From: Nymphaea colorata
Taxonomy: Eukaryota
Length of the DNA: 64,000 nt
NCBI RefSeq assembly: GCF_008831285.2
Contig: NC_045138.2
Location: 36,890,001 to 36,954,000, forward strand
Reading direction: 5' to 3'
A program made the position numbers and the translations under genes. Positions 26,225 to 39,883 of this stretch are shown here, one piece after another (the stretch's first letter is position 1; the number at the start of each line of letters is the position of its first letter). The notes under the pieces were generated by a model. The model was given only the letters and a program-made list of their open reading frames with translations, did no database searches and was not told the origin of the DNA.

Positions 26225-26691
26225 GCTTGTGTGGTGTGACCCCCAATCTCAAATAAAGAAAACCCTTGAAGAAGAAAGTATTGCGCGTCCATTGGTTGTA
26301 AAGTTTGCTGCCATGTCTCCGTTTTATATCATCTTAGTAATATGACTTGATTCAGACAACCGTAACAGACAACATAATGGCAACGTTGGGACTTGATTCA
26401 GGAACTTCACTGGAGGAGGACATCCCTTAAAACATGGTGGTGTTGGATATGACCACAGGTAAAAAGCTTGTGGGTGTGACCCAATCTCAAATAAAGAAAA
26501 CCCTTGAAAGTATTCCATTGGTTGTAAGGTTTGCTGCTATATGTCTCCGTTTATGTCATAGTAACAGGATCATGATTCAGACAACCGTAACAGACAACAT
26601 AATGGCAACGTTGAGACTTGATTCAGGAGCTTCACTGAAGGAGGACATCCCTTAAATTTCCTACCTACCACATGGTGGTGTTGGATATGAC
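26225..26691. repeat. Tandem duplication, about 241 bp x2
   Basis: GCTTGTG..GTGTGACCC..AATCTCAAATAAAGAAAACCCTTGAA...GATTCAGACAACCGTAACAGACAACATAATGGCAACGTTG...CATGGTGGTGTTGGATATGAC at 26225 and 26466. Confidence 0.92.
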
Positions 26692-28388
26692 TAATTTTTA
26701 TAGGAAAGCAACAAACATCTAGTAAATTGGTAAAGTAATGAATATAGCGGCCAAAGAATCTGTATCGGACCCCACCGCCTCAGGAGGCAAGAGGAGTGAT
26801 TCAATAATGCTTATCTAGTTCTGTGTAGAAGACGACAGATTTTGCTTTCCTTTCTGTTCTTTTCCTTTAACCAACTCGAAAGAGATGCCAACGTCTTCAA
26901 CCAAAAGCACTTATCCGATGTCCCCCCATCATGATGCAGTCTTCAAAGAGTAGTTGTTGCTAACAATATAAATATTTCATTATGGCAATCTACCGAACCC
27001 CACGCCCACTGTTCGTTGTTCCATGATTCTGAGTGTGTAAATTAATAATCTAAACATATTGGAAGTTGGAACCAATTTGGGAGCTCTTTTGTTTCATTGT
27101 CACAATGGCAATCGCCGCTATGGATTTACCCCACAAGTTTGATATTGCCACATATTTATTTCCTTCTCTTTCAGATCTGCTTCTGCTTCTTCTCTTTTCG
27201 GTTTCAGAAAACGACACGGCCAACGTGGTGAATCTCGTCGGTTATTCTGTATGCAAAAGAACATTTTTGCATTTGTTTTTTTTTTTCATTTGTTGGGCTT
27301 CTTACAAGTTTTTTTGCTTTCTAAAATGTTTTTGGGAGAGAAGAGTGCCTAAGCTTTCCAAAGAACTCAGTATACCCGAAATTCTACACGGTTTTCAATA
27401 AGGGGGAACTTGGCTCTGATTACATATTTGTGTTTCATTGGCTTTTTCTATGATCCGGAAGAGAAAACCAAGCAGTGATTTCAAATTTCAACATACTGGG
27501 AACTTGGCATTACGCAGATACTGGTTCTCTGGACATTGCAGAAAAGGTCTGTCTGCTTCGTCCATATTCATAGTTTTTTCCCCTCCTTCAAGGCTTCATC
27601 TTTAGTTGTCGTTCTTATAATAATATCTACCATTATGTCATCGTAACTAAAAAAAAAAACATTGTTGTTTTCATAAATATCTTAAAATGTCTATTAATCA
27701 TTATTTGTTTCAAAGTAATCGTCCGACGCCAATGCTTGTAACATTGATACCAAAGTCAGCCATGGGATTGAACAAATCAGCCCACCGACTTTGCATTCCC
27801 AAAGAAAATCCACCGCTTCATCTCTTTAAAATCTAATTTGACAGGAGGTGTTTGACTTGTATGGAAGTTCAAAATTCGAGGGTGCTCGGGCACCAAGGGA
27901 TCCACATTGGCAAATTGGTACGGCTTATAGTGAAAAGTTTCAATGGGAACTAGAAATCTAAGTTTATATGGAGACAAATATACAGTGAATGAGAGAGAGA
28001 AAGTGCAGGAGTAATGAAGGACTTGACTTAAGCAATGGAGCAGTGCATCAGGATCACATTGGGTATCAAGATTTTCGGGAGAAAGAAATCACAAATGGGT
28101 TGAAGATTTCCCAAGGGCATGCCGAGCAGAAGCTCAGGCAGGTGTGGGCAACTGCCCACACTGGCCCCAAAAAACGTTCATATTAAAACTTCTTGGCAGC
28201 TTTTTTCATTCACATACACATACATCTGTTTTTCCAAAAAATTAAAATTATATAACTAGTGCAGTTTAGCTAAAATTTTCTAGCTCTACCTTATACCAAG
28301 TATGCTTTGAGTATCTGAATGCTCAGTTCATTCTTTTTTTTTTTCAAATCATAACCTGCCTATGTAAATGTATTCTGTATCCGTTGAA

Positions 28389-28617
28389 AGGCATTTGGTA
28401 ACAACAATACTGTGTTCTTAGATTATATGTTACTAAAACACATGTATCAAAAACACAATTTTGATTTCAAGGAAAGCATGATTTGGTTGTACAAGTTGTT
28501 TACAGTTCCAACATAACATAATCATGCTATATTTTATAATAAAAAAACATAATATTTTTAGACTAATGCATTTGAATAACTTAGATTTCAAGAACACAGT
28601 CTTTTTATCAAACGGCT
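28389..28617. mobile_element. Degenerate Tourist-like MITE
   Basis: Inverted ends AGGCATTTGGTAA / TTATCAAACGGCT (10 of 13 match), AT-rich interior, no clean TSD. Confidence 0.4.
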
Positions 28618-29822
28618 TTTCTTGGAAAAGTGCAACAAAAACTTTGAGGGATAATAACTGTTTATACGGCATCTTAGACAAGATGATCATAGAGACCCAA
28701 ATATTTGCCGGTAAATGCAAAGACTTTATCAAGAACCTCTGGACTAAGGCTGGTACATGAACGCACGGCCCATACTTAGAATATCAAAGTTGATCTTCTT
28801 CTTCATAAAAAAGATATAATTAGCTCGGATCTCATGAAAGGAAGCCGGTGTCTCCTTTCCCATCGGATACTTTAGAACAGCAGCATTTGCTCGAACAGAG
28901 GGATGCAAGATTCAATGGAGGCATCATTTTCAATTTGCCAAACTGCAACAATCTTTTGGAACTCATCAAACGTTCAGTGTTTTGGGTAATCGAGAAATTG
29001 TGGATTCAATGCAAACTATGTTTCATCATCTAAAGTGACGCCGGAAAAACACAACTCTCCGGATAAAATCAACCGCCGTGCACTGAATTATGGTCGACTT
29101 GGCCGATCCGGTAAATTCACGTTATCAAGTTAAGTTATAGAATGACGATTAAAGGTTAAAAACTATTTACTGTTACATACGCTTTCTGGCGCTATGTTAA
29201 AAGCATATGTTTATTACATATGTCTAGGAAATTAAATAAAAAAAAAAAACTTGACACATCCAAGTTAAAGAGTTTACTTCTTTGAGTCGCTGAGATGACT
29301 TGGGTCATCCAATATTAGGTTCCTAGAAAGCCCACCTCTGTCTCTCTCTCTCTCTTTCTCAACACACACACGCAGAGTTGAAATATCTAAGCTGACCATC
29401 ATGTGCTACATTATATGCTGCTTCCATATGTTAACGTTGACTCGAGCATGATAGTCTGCCATTATTTATTTATTTATATAGTGAAGAACAATCTGATCTG
29501 TGAACGTCAGATCTCAAATCCAAATTTGGTTTTAATACGAAATGTTGAACTTAAATCTCAGTCCTGATATAATTAGATAGAATTGCTTAAATAACTAATC
29601 TGGATGAATCAGAGGTTAACAATCCACCACGGAAGAAAGAATCAAATTTAGGTAACTAATCATTTGCTAAAGGAGAAGAGGAAAATATCTAGACAGTTAC
29701 CGAGCTTCTGGCATTCAAAATCTAAAATTTTTCTACCAGCATTTTTTCCACCACCAGTAATGTACCTTGAACCAAGAAGACAAAGGCAGATTAAACAAGC
29801 TACAGTATTGTTTAGGAAGATC

Positions 29823-29872
<50 letters not shown>

Positions 29873-32800
29873 CTGGAAAAGCTGTTGGCATCTTGCTTTT
29901 ATAATAATGTGCATCTGTACCCACTCTTTATGGTTTGATCTACTTAAAAAGTGTGAATGATGAGATCCCAATCATTTATATGGGTGTGCTCATCCGTACT
30001 CTAAATACTTTTATGTTAAGCAACGTTTCGCCTTCTAAAGCGTTTTCTTCGGTAGGATAAAGAGCATTCGCATTATTGTTCACAAATCTGAAATTACAGA
30101 TGCCCATTTCTTCATTTTAATAACCAGAAAGGTCGCTTTTGATGGTATACCGTTTACATATTTTACCTTTTCTTATCTCTTTTTTAAGCAAGCGAAACTC
30201 AACCAGTTTTAGAAACACTTTTTTTGAAATATTTCAAATTTAGAAAAAAGGTTTTTTTATATTCTTTGTTTATTACTTTGAGAGCATCATGATTTTTTGG
30301 AAACCATCATGATTTTCAAACACTTGATGATGGAAGTTTGTACTACGTGCGTTAATTTTTGTCCGATTCATCAGTGAAAAAAGAGGGAAAAACTGCTAAA
30401 AAGTTAGAGAAAATTGTCCGAGGGATGTTGTCTTTTACAAATCAGTAAAGTTGCAAGTGGTGCATGGACAGATAATAAGTAAACACAAGCCCCAACTACA
30501 TTTAATATTTCTGAAACTTAGTCGGGACCCTATATGTCTCACTTTATCTTGAGCATCTTGTTTGTATGTTATGGTTTTTTACCTGCGACGATAAAAAGAT
30601 CTACGCAAAATGATTGTGCGCATTCACATAGCCAAGTTGCCCTCTCATTCCTGAGGGCTGCTTAAATTTTTTTATAATAAATTTATTACCCTCATTGTCC
30701 TCCACCTAATAGCTTTTAACAACCACCAAAGGTTTTTTCTACACACATCTTGTAATTAACAATGAGCAAATTCAAAAGGTTCAAGAGAATTCTTCCTCCC
30801 AAGTTGATCGATTCGTGTATCGCGGACGCGAATTCGGAACCAAGATCCAATTAGTAATTGGATCTTGTTGATACGCGTCGCATCAGAAAGGTGGGCAGAC
30901 AGGCTCTGTTTGGAACATCTAAAATACATTATCCTGATCCAAAACATGGTCAGTCAAACCTCGATCTGTGCTCCTATTGGACCGATGAGGCCCACTTCGG
31001 CATAACAGATCCAGGCCCACTCAGATACTTATTGAATTTTTTCTAAACCCGAAATGATGAAATGGAGTTGGGCCTACCAATCTTGGCTCATCGCGGGGCT
31101 TCCACAAGATGGCTGCCTTTGTTCAAACAAGCAATTGAGTAGAGGCTCGGGTCCTACCCATCTTGGCCCATCTGCTGCAATCTTATTCTTATTTAAAACT
31201 TCCTCAGCAACAACCTTATTTAAAAGGTGGCCGAATTGAGCTTGCAATTGTCTTCTAGTCCTTGAGGCTCCATTGCATTTTAACTCCGCAATTTTCTTTT
31301 CTTTTTTCTTCATTCAAACCCCAAGTTATGTATATATATATATATATATATATTTTACAAAAATATTTTTTAAAGAAAATTCAGTGAAATGCTATGTAAA
31401 ATGTTTTAAAATAATAAAGAAAGGACAAGAAATTAGCTGGTTTGATCCTTTTTGAGTTTTTTTTTTGGGTAATCTAGTTCTTTTTTATTCTATAAATAAA
31501 GTTTTGTTCATTGAGCATAGCTTTGGATGGGGTACTGAGTTGATGATAAGTTGTCTCCTCAATAGGTTTTAGTCTTAGACATTGAGGGCAAGCAAAAAAG
31601 GGAGAGGCGGTGAGATTATTCCTCTTCCTCACCCAAAATATAAGTTCTTAATGATTTAAAAGTCGTTGAACATTGCCCCTGCATAAATGCAACTGACATC
31701 GCTTTCAGCCAAATTGAGGTACTTCTCAAATCTAATCAATTCAATTTGTAAATGGATTCTTATAGGCATGAGACTCTTCAAGAATCATTTTGAATGTTAA
31801 TCTTCCCTATATATATATATATATTATACACTCTAGCTTTTCAAAGTGAAGGGTTTGAGTCATGACTGGAAAAGACCCAAGATAACTTGACATAATTTTG
31901 AAAATTCTGATATCTTTTTTCATGACCAAATTGGATCGAGCTCGGTGCTGTATAAGATTCTCTAAAGCCGAAAGGTTTTGTACGTCTCTTCTTTTGGGTC
32001 TCATCGAATCCCATACTCATTTCACTTCATAGTCGAATACGATACACGTAAATTGATTTCATCGGCATTCACGCCCTTCCTCTCCAACTTAAAACCTTCC
32101 CTCACTTTAATATACTAAATGTTCATGCAAATTTTTATTTTTATTTTCTGAAAAACGTCCCAACACCCCCTAGAAAAAAAAAAATGAAAAAAATACAGAA
32201 AACCGGGTCGGCGGCAACGGTTGCAAAAAGAGAGAGAGAGAAAAAAAAAAAAGGCATAAATGACTTGTCCGAGGACATATACGGTATCCAAGATGAACTG
32301 AACGTCCCTCTTTTTTTTTTTTTTTTTAAAGTAAAAGAAAATTAAATACTACAATAAATGTCAATAAAAGAAGGCATATTTTTCCCCTTCCTCCATCTAA
32401 CTCCTCGGATCTCTCGCACTCCCCACATTTATTTATGGCAACGAAAAATTTTGAAGCTAAACAACAAAAAATTCCCCAATCAAACAAATAATAAATGAAT
32501 TATAAAAGCAGACTCATCTCGAGGAAGATGTTGTGTCTAGTTATTAACTTCCGAAATGACTCTTTTACCCCTAGTCGACTTCAGTTAAGGTTTAACTGAT
32601 AAATTTTTTTACCGAAAATGTCATCACCGAAGCCAGGTGGACTTCTTTGCCGGTTCGGATCCAGGAACGAGGACTTGAAAACCCGGTATCGGTTAGAGTC
32701 GAACTGACATCAGACAGAACCCATCGGATCCGAAACCGAAAGGCTTAACTAAAGACAAAAAGGGGCAATGTAGTCAGACCACAAACCCCCAAAAGGACAG

Positions 32801-32943
32801 AATCTGCCATTCTGGAAAGCCGGAGGGGTTTCTGGTAAATTCGGGAGGCACACCAGATCCCCCCCCTCCCCCATCTACGCACAAAAACAGACTTTCGCCG
32901 GATCTGCTCTCCTTCGGCTTCCCCCCTCACTTCCGGCTCTGAA

Positions 32944-33009
32944 ATGGAGTGCCGCCACTACCTCCGCCACGAGCGCCACCACCAGCACCGCCACCTGCGC
33001 CACCGTTAG
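32944..33009 (+). promoter_or_regulatory. Candidate upstream ORF (21 aa, [21 protein letters not shown]) in the GARP factor leader
   Basis: ATG at 32944 in context gaaATGG, stop TAG at 33007-33009, 73 nt before the main ATG. Confidence 0.5.
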
Positions 33010-33082
33010 GATAGAGTTTGAGACGGAGCGGAGTCCGGTGAGTCCATTTCTTAAGTCGCAAGCGAGACACGAGCCTGCACTC

Positions 33083-33952
33083 ATGAGGGACGACGCCTCC
33101 TGGTTCGCCCACTGGGAGGAGGAGCTTCCCTCCCCGGACGAGCTCATGCCCCTGTCCCAAACCCTAATCACTCCCGACCTCGCCGCCGCCTTCGACATCT
33201 CTTCCTCCGCCACCACGACCGCGACGACCACCACCACCTCCCCGCCGCCGCCACAGCCGCTTCCGGTGTCGGCTCCTTCGCCCCAGCCGGGGGACGACTT
33301 CGACTCGTCGGGTGGAGCCGACGAGCCCGCTCGCACTCTGAAGCGACCGCGCCTCGTGTGGACTCCCCAGCTGCACAAGAGATTCGTCGACGCCGTCGGC
33401 CATTTGGGCATCAAGAACGCCGTGCCGAAGACCATCATGCAGCTGATGAACGTCGACGGCCTCACCAGGGAGAACGTCGCCAGCCATCTCCAAAAGTACC
33501 GCCTCTACCTGAAGAGGATGCAGGGGTTGTCAGGAGGGGACGGCGGATGCGGAGGCGGCGGCCCACCCGCCGGACCGCCGTCCTCCTGCGATCACCTCTT
33601 CTCCTCTACCCCGATTCCGCCTCACCACCATTTTGAGAACCACCACCTTGTCTCCTTCATGTCTATGCAGCCGCCTGCCGCCGCCACTGCCCACCATCAC
33701 CACTTCATGGGAGGGCCGCTTCCCCCTCCGCCGCCTCCCCCGTCTGGCGCGTTTCCGGCGGGGTTCGATCATAGGTACTTGGCTCGACATCAGGCTGTAC
33801 ACCGGATGGTACCACAGGGTGCGGCGGCTGCGATGATGATGGGGAAGGCGAGGGACTTCGGGGGCATGGTGGACGAATTGGGCTCGGATTCGACGGCGAC
33901 AGGGACGGCCGGGAGAAAAGTTCTGACTTTATTTCCGACAGGAGATGACTGA
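33083..33952 (+). CDS. GARP/G2-like MYB transcription factor, PCL1/LUX-related MYBC1 clade, 289 aa, intronless CDS
   Basis: First ATG in frame is 33083 (the track start is GTG). N-terminal [37 protein letters not shown] domain [22 protein letters not shown]...[13 protein letters not shown]-terminal [12 protein letters not shown]. The termini match the MYBC1/At3g10760-like subclade better than LUX itself (recalled). Confidence 0.93.
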   Translation: MRDDASWFAHWEEELPSPDELMPLSQTLITPDLAAAFDISSSATTTATTTTTSPPPPQPLPVSAPSPQPGDDFDSSGGADEPARTLKRPRLVWTPQLHKRFVDAVGHLGIKNAVPKTIMQLMNVDGLTRENVASHLQKYRLYLKRMQGLSGGDGGCGGGGPPAGPPSSCDHLFSSTPIPPHHHFENHHLVSFMSMQPPAAATAHHHHFMGGPLPPPPPPPSGAFPAGFDHRYLARHQAVHRMVPQGAAAAMMMGKARDFGGMVDELGSDSTATGTAGRKVLTLFPTGDD

Positions 33953-36900
33953 ACGATGTCCGGACGACCATGAGGTCGTGTTGGTAGCTCGGTTTGTCGA
34001 TCCGTAGTGTAAATTGAGTTCTGGCTTTTCTGGTTTCTTCTTCCTTTTCTTTTCTTCCTCTGAATCGGAGAAGGGAGGGAGTCGGGTGGTGATGGTCCGA
34101 GAGGAATTCTATTGGAGATTGAATTCTGAGAATTGGGAATTGATGATTGATAGCAAATTAAGTTGGGTTTTTCCATTTGGACATCAGGGGATTGATGAAC
34201 AAAGCTGACAGCATTTGGTTTTCTGTTTGGGAAATTGGAAGTTGATGGTCAGGGTGAAAGTGAGTCGGACTCCGATTCATGATTTTTTTTTCCCTCTTAT
34301 TACTGTTGTTGTTGTTGTTGTTGATAGTGTCGTCTATCCCTGTGTGGGTGGCCTTGAAAGAAATCAGTTGTTCTTAATCTTTCTCAGATTAGCTCACTCT
34401 TGTTCTCTCTCATTTCCTTGTTTCTAATTGGATTTTGTCATCTTTCACTATATACTTGTCGAGTTTAGCACTAAGCAAGTTTTTCTGTCCAACTGAAACC
34501 TGGTTATCTTCGACCTTATTCTTTATCATGAGCTCAAGGAATGGAAGTTGAGTAGTTGACTGAATGCCGATTTTTTTTTTCTCAAAAGTAGTTGAAACAG
34601 AACTTAGTGTTGTTGCGTAAATTTGAGAAAAGCCTATATTTTTGCTGAATGTTGCTTTCATAATTGTGCTGGTTTTGGTTATTCCCTTGGCATTCTGAAT
34701 GCGGTGCTCATGTGAATCTTCTTTTCTGTCTATGCTATTTGCTCACGCCATGTCTGGTATAGTTTCCTTTTCCTGTTCTTTTTTTAGTGATATCATAAAT
34801 GCTTTTCCTTTTGGCTGCTTTTCATGTTTCCTTGATTTTAAAACATATGAATGATCTGTTGTGGAGAAGAGAACTGAAAAATCTTAGCTAATGACGCACA
34901 GCCAAGCGCATTTTCTGAGGATAGTTGGTAACGTCACATATGGCCTTGTTTCGCTGATCTTTTTTTATTTAGTCACGTAACAAATTACGGTGCAGTAAAA
35001 TATCTAGAATTGAAGATTATTTATGCCTGTCGGCTGATTTGTTGACAACTGTTGCACACATGGATTACTAACGTCTACTACTGTGTGCAAGGTTTCTGAT
35101 ACGTGCCTGTCTAGTCTTGGTTTTCTGGGCAGCTACAGTGCCCGCAGCTTGCGTCCTACCAGTTTCTGAGTGCTTGTAGGCTTGCAACCTTGTTCCTTTG
35201 AATTGCAAAGACTTTGTCAGTTTGACAAGACTGGTGGAAGAATATGATGAATGTCTTTCGTGACCATTTGCTTTCAAAACTGATGATTCTTGTCTGCGGG
35301 GTACTTAGATGATGTTTGATGGTACACATATAAATTTAGCGGGTTATCTTATACTTTAATGCATGAGATTCTTGTTCTGAAGTTTGTAGAATTCTAGAGT
35401 TGCTCTTGCATAAATTTTAACTGTTGCAGATTGAGTTGCCAAGTTCATCAGCAGGTGTTCTACTTCCGTTTTTAATCCTTTAGTGTGTGTATGTGTCATC
35501 TTTCCTTCCTTGAGTTTTCTCAAGTAGCTTTTGAGCCAGTTGTGCCTCTAGATGAAAACTGAAGGTGAATCTTTAGATGGAATTGAGGATGAAAAGCTGG
35601 AAGTTTCCCATTCAGTTTGCTAGTTGTGAATTTGTTGATCCTATTCCAATGGCTTGTGAAAGATGCTGTCCTAGAAGCTTCTGATGTGTACTAGTTTAAC
35701 TTTGAAGATGATAGAATGGGGGACACACAAAGGATAGTGGATGTGGTTAAGCATAAATTGGTGGAATAAACTCTATTTTCTTACTGAATAACTTTCCGGC
35801 ACTAAAAAATGCATAAAAGTTGATGTAGGGGGGAACAATCGTGGTGCACTATGCCATCCTATTTGGATGAATCTGTGACAAGTGCTAGTAAAGGCAGTGT
35901 GACAGTGGCTTTTCTTTGGTCTTGGTGGTGGAGCAAGTGGAGTCATCTGCTTTTGCATAGCCAACTGCTTAAATCTGGAAAAAGAGTGAGCAAAGTTCTG
36001 CTTTCAGTGAATCTAAAGCTGCACTTTTGTTAATGTGGTTGCGCTTGGATATGTGGAAATTGTCGCCATGTTGAAATGTGAAATATTTCTGACCTTTAGA
36101 TTGTGAAAATAGAAAGGCGGAGGTGGTTGGTTGCAGGCTACAGATCTGCTACTGCCAAATTGGGCCTGAAATTTGGACATTCACAACGGGCTACTTATTT
36201 AGTGGACCGGCATTCTTCATTTAAGATTTCTAACTTGTGCAGTTAATGCCTGCTCCTAAATTTCAATGGAAATTTCTTCAAGGATTTGTATTTGTGATCT
36301 CTTGTATGCATACTGTCTTTCTCTTGTGGACCTGCAATCATTTTCCCTTGTGTTTTCCATGTTTATAGTCCTGTCTGTATTCTTCTGCTAGTTTTTCAGT
36401 TGTTTCTGAATATGAAGCCCGTGTCCATTAGTGATTCCATAACGTCTTTCGTGTGTTCTTTCTTTATTCTGTGAACTGATGGAAATGTTTCCATTCCCTC
36501 GTTGACTAGCGAGCCAGCATCAACGCAACCTTGTTCTATCTTTATTTTTCGATTTAGTCGTGTAGGATTGATTTATGGACCATGGCTTTCACTGAATTTG
36601 CAATTTTGCAGTATGTTTCTTGTTATTATCATCTCTAATTCTTACAATGAATGGTTCTTGTTATTATCATCTCTAATTCTTACAGTGAAGTGTTGAATCA
36701 CTGCATGGCTTTTATCTCGTCTTAAATAAGCAAATCTGCCTGATTTTTGGCTTAAACAATCTTGTTATTGGTCAGCCCAAATGCCCTAGGAGCAATGCTT
36801 GGGTTATCATTTTTGAAGAAATTCATTGTGCAAAACCAGAAAAACTTAATAAGCCAAATTTGTGATTACCCAAGTCGTTTCTGATGGTACCAGGGTCGAT

Positions 36901-39883
36901 CACCGTCTGAACTGATACAAAGAGAGCGAGAGAGAGAGAGGTGACGTCGCTTGCTCGTTTAAAAAAAAAAAAAAAAAAAGAATTCCAAGATCAATTTGCC
37001 CAACCATCCTCGCTTGTGCAAGGGTACAACACTTTTTATTTTTTTTGGCGTTTCCTACTTTTTTTTTTCACTGAAAATTCCGGGGCACCACCTAGTCGGG
37101 CACGTGGAAGTACTTGAACGGTTGTTCGGGCCTTTACATCCAAAAGCAGTCCACAAGTCGCCGTCTGAAAGCTTGAAAAGTAAATTCATTTTGTTAAGGT
37201 GGGCAGCAGTTTCCTTAGGAAATTTGAAGTTGTTTGGTAGGTCCCCTCGTGGAAGAAGCCGCATCTGTCCTTTTCTTCTCTTTAACAAATGCCTCTGTCC
37301 ACGTCTTGTGAAGGAAAGTAGTGATCATGTTGCACTCAATGCAAGCTCCTTACTCAGCAGTTGCATGTTTCTTTAGGCCATTAAAGCTAAGGTGAATAAT
37401 TCCTCTAAATCCCCAAACAGTCTCAGCGAGAGAGAGAGAGAGAGAGCAGACATTCTTGGAAGAAGCAGAAGTTCTGGATTTTCTGGGAGTACAGGAACTC
37501 CATTGCCGGTAAGACAGTATCTTCTGGGTCAGGTGGGTTGATCCTCTAAGCTTCATGGGTGTTGATGTATCGATGACATGAAAGGTTGTGCTTGTTTCCA
37601 AGTACAAGATTTTTCTACAATGGCATCTGATTCCGCCCCCATCTTTTTGTTCTGTAGCACAGAAAGACGTCTGTCAGAAGCAAAGGCCGGAGGATGAAAT
37701 CACTCATTGAGCTAGCACATATTCCACTCCTTTTTCCTCATCCACACAAATCTAGACTCTGAATCACCGAACCCAACAGTTGGTGATGATGATCTGACTT
37801 CGTGGGAATCAGCACTGTGCATGTCGTCATTCTCAGACTCTGAGATTCATGAACGTCTCCGTAGAAACCGACACTCCTAACATACATATACAGAGTGTGC
37901 ATTCAATGATGCATCAAATTTTGACATAAGCAGCCATTACGCTTTTCCCGGCGATCTACCGCGCATCTCTAAATATTCCGTTCCGTTCCCGCGCGATCTG
38001 CGTATTGCTCGACTGCTTTATATAGTTGGTTTTGGATTGAACTATACGGTCAACAGAGAAGCTAGTTGATCTTGGTAGTGTTTGACGCTTACATGGTCAC
38101 TTGCAGAGTGATGGCACACCCCAGAAGATAAATAAGTAAATTCTTCGGTAAGTGAGAGGATTATGACCCATCGTTGCCATGAAAATACATAAGCATGTCT
38201 CAGTGCCTGCTTGGGAGATAAGCTACATCTACGGATATGGCTGTATATATTTAAAATATCAACATAAAGTTTTTGAAGGCATAGGTCGATGCATATTGCC
38301 GTCCAATGCAAGACAGAACCATAACGTCGGTCCCCCCTTGCTTTTAACCTACAAAAAAAGTTACACGCTGCCCAAGTAGGGGATTTTAACATTTTCTAAA
38401 CATAAAAGGGTATTTGCATTTTAAAATCAATTTTTTTCAGGTGCACTTGCTTTGAGTTTATTCTTCCTAGCATCATATATATATATATATCTACCGTTCA
38501 TATCTGTGTGCGTGGGTGCACGCACCCGCGCATATACAGGAGCTTAATTTTGTCCGACCTCAAGTCACGTGAAGAGGCCCACGGCGTTTCCGGACGAGGT
38601 CGTTCAGGTTCCTTGTCCTGTATCGGAACCCTCCGAATGGGATCGTTTGATTCAGAGACGTCCGGACCACAACGTCGTTGTTTTATGTGTCAGTTTCGTT
38701 TCTGGTGGGTGGACCATTTACCGAGTCAATACCTAATTTTTTCGCTAGCTTTATTAAGGCTGTTGTTCCTACAATATATTAATTAATAAAAAAAAAATCG
38801 ACGGAATTCCCTCAAAACAGAAGGGCATCAATAATTCTGAAAACAACGAAAAAAGTAACATCTTTTATTTTAGTTCCTAAAAAACACGCCAAGGGAAAGT
38901 GGATTCCAACAACTTCGAAAATAAAAATTGAGACAAACAGTCTCAGTCCTTGCTTTTTCTTAGTTAAGGTTGTTGTTTGAATACCTCTGCTTTAGTATTA
39001 TGATATTAGATAGCAGTGGCGAAGCGACATATTGCGCTCTCAAAACTTACTCATTTCTATATTAAGATCTTCAAATATTTGCTTTTTTAAATGTACGATC
39101 TCACACTCTTTCTACTGTCCCATTTTAAATTCATGGCTTTTAATAAATAGTAGATCTTCAGCTTGTTTAAATTAAAGATATCTCCAAATACACTTTTTTT
39201 TTATTCAGTTTGGAATCAAACTCAACTTAAAAGTTTGTCAATGAGTACCCTTTATGCCATTTTTTCAATTTAAAGTCAGTCCCTCGCTCTAATGATCATA
39301 CATTTTTTTTTTTTCATATTGTAACAAACTAAAATGAAGATTTTGAAATGTAGAAACGGATTCTCTGCCATTTGAGAGACATCTTAATATCTTAGATCAC
39401 AAATGCACTTCTCAAATCTAGTATGGACCAATGAAAAATATTTCAAACAAATTTCTCGCTTTTTTACTGTAAATTTCATTTTGATTTTTAGATGTTGGAA
39501 TTTTTTTAATATGTCATTTTCTGAAAAGAAAAAAAAAAGTGCGTGATAGAAAGAAAAACCGTGTGTTTTTTTGAATAACATAGATGTAGTTGCGTTCTAC
39601 GGACAAGCAAGGAAGCGGGTCCCTTCAAAATCCAGCAAAAGAAGAAAAGTCAAGTCCTCAAGGTTGGGTCCCACAACATTGAAAGGTTTCCGTACCCTTT
39701 CTCCAGAAGCGTCTTTCCTCCCTGCCCCTTCCTACCCGTCGGGAGAAAGAGCAGGAACAGAGAAGGAACGACGGCGACACAGGAGTCGGAAGAGGAGACA
39801 AATAGGAGGGGTCGTTGCAGAGAGAAGAACGATTGAAGAGTTGGGGCTTTTTCCAGACTTCTGGAGAACGCCCACGCGCTCTC

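Noticed and set aside
32875..34176. Antisense ORFs (196, 109, 128 aa) over the GARP gene
   Set aside because: Low-complexity mirror of a GC-rich CDS.
33083..35005. Calling the GARP gene LUX ARRHYTHMO with evening elements (AAAATATCT at 29682 and 34997)
   Set aside because: The termini fit the MYBC1-like sister clade, and the motifs lie 3.4 kb upstream and 1 kb downstream rather than in the proximal promoter.
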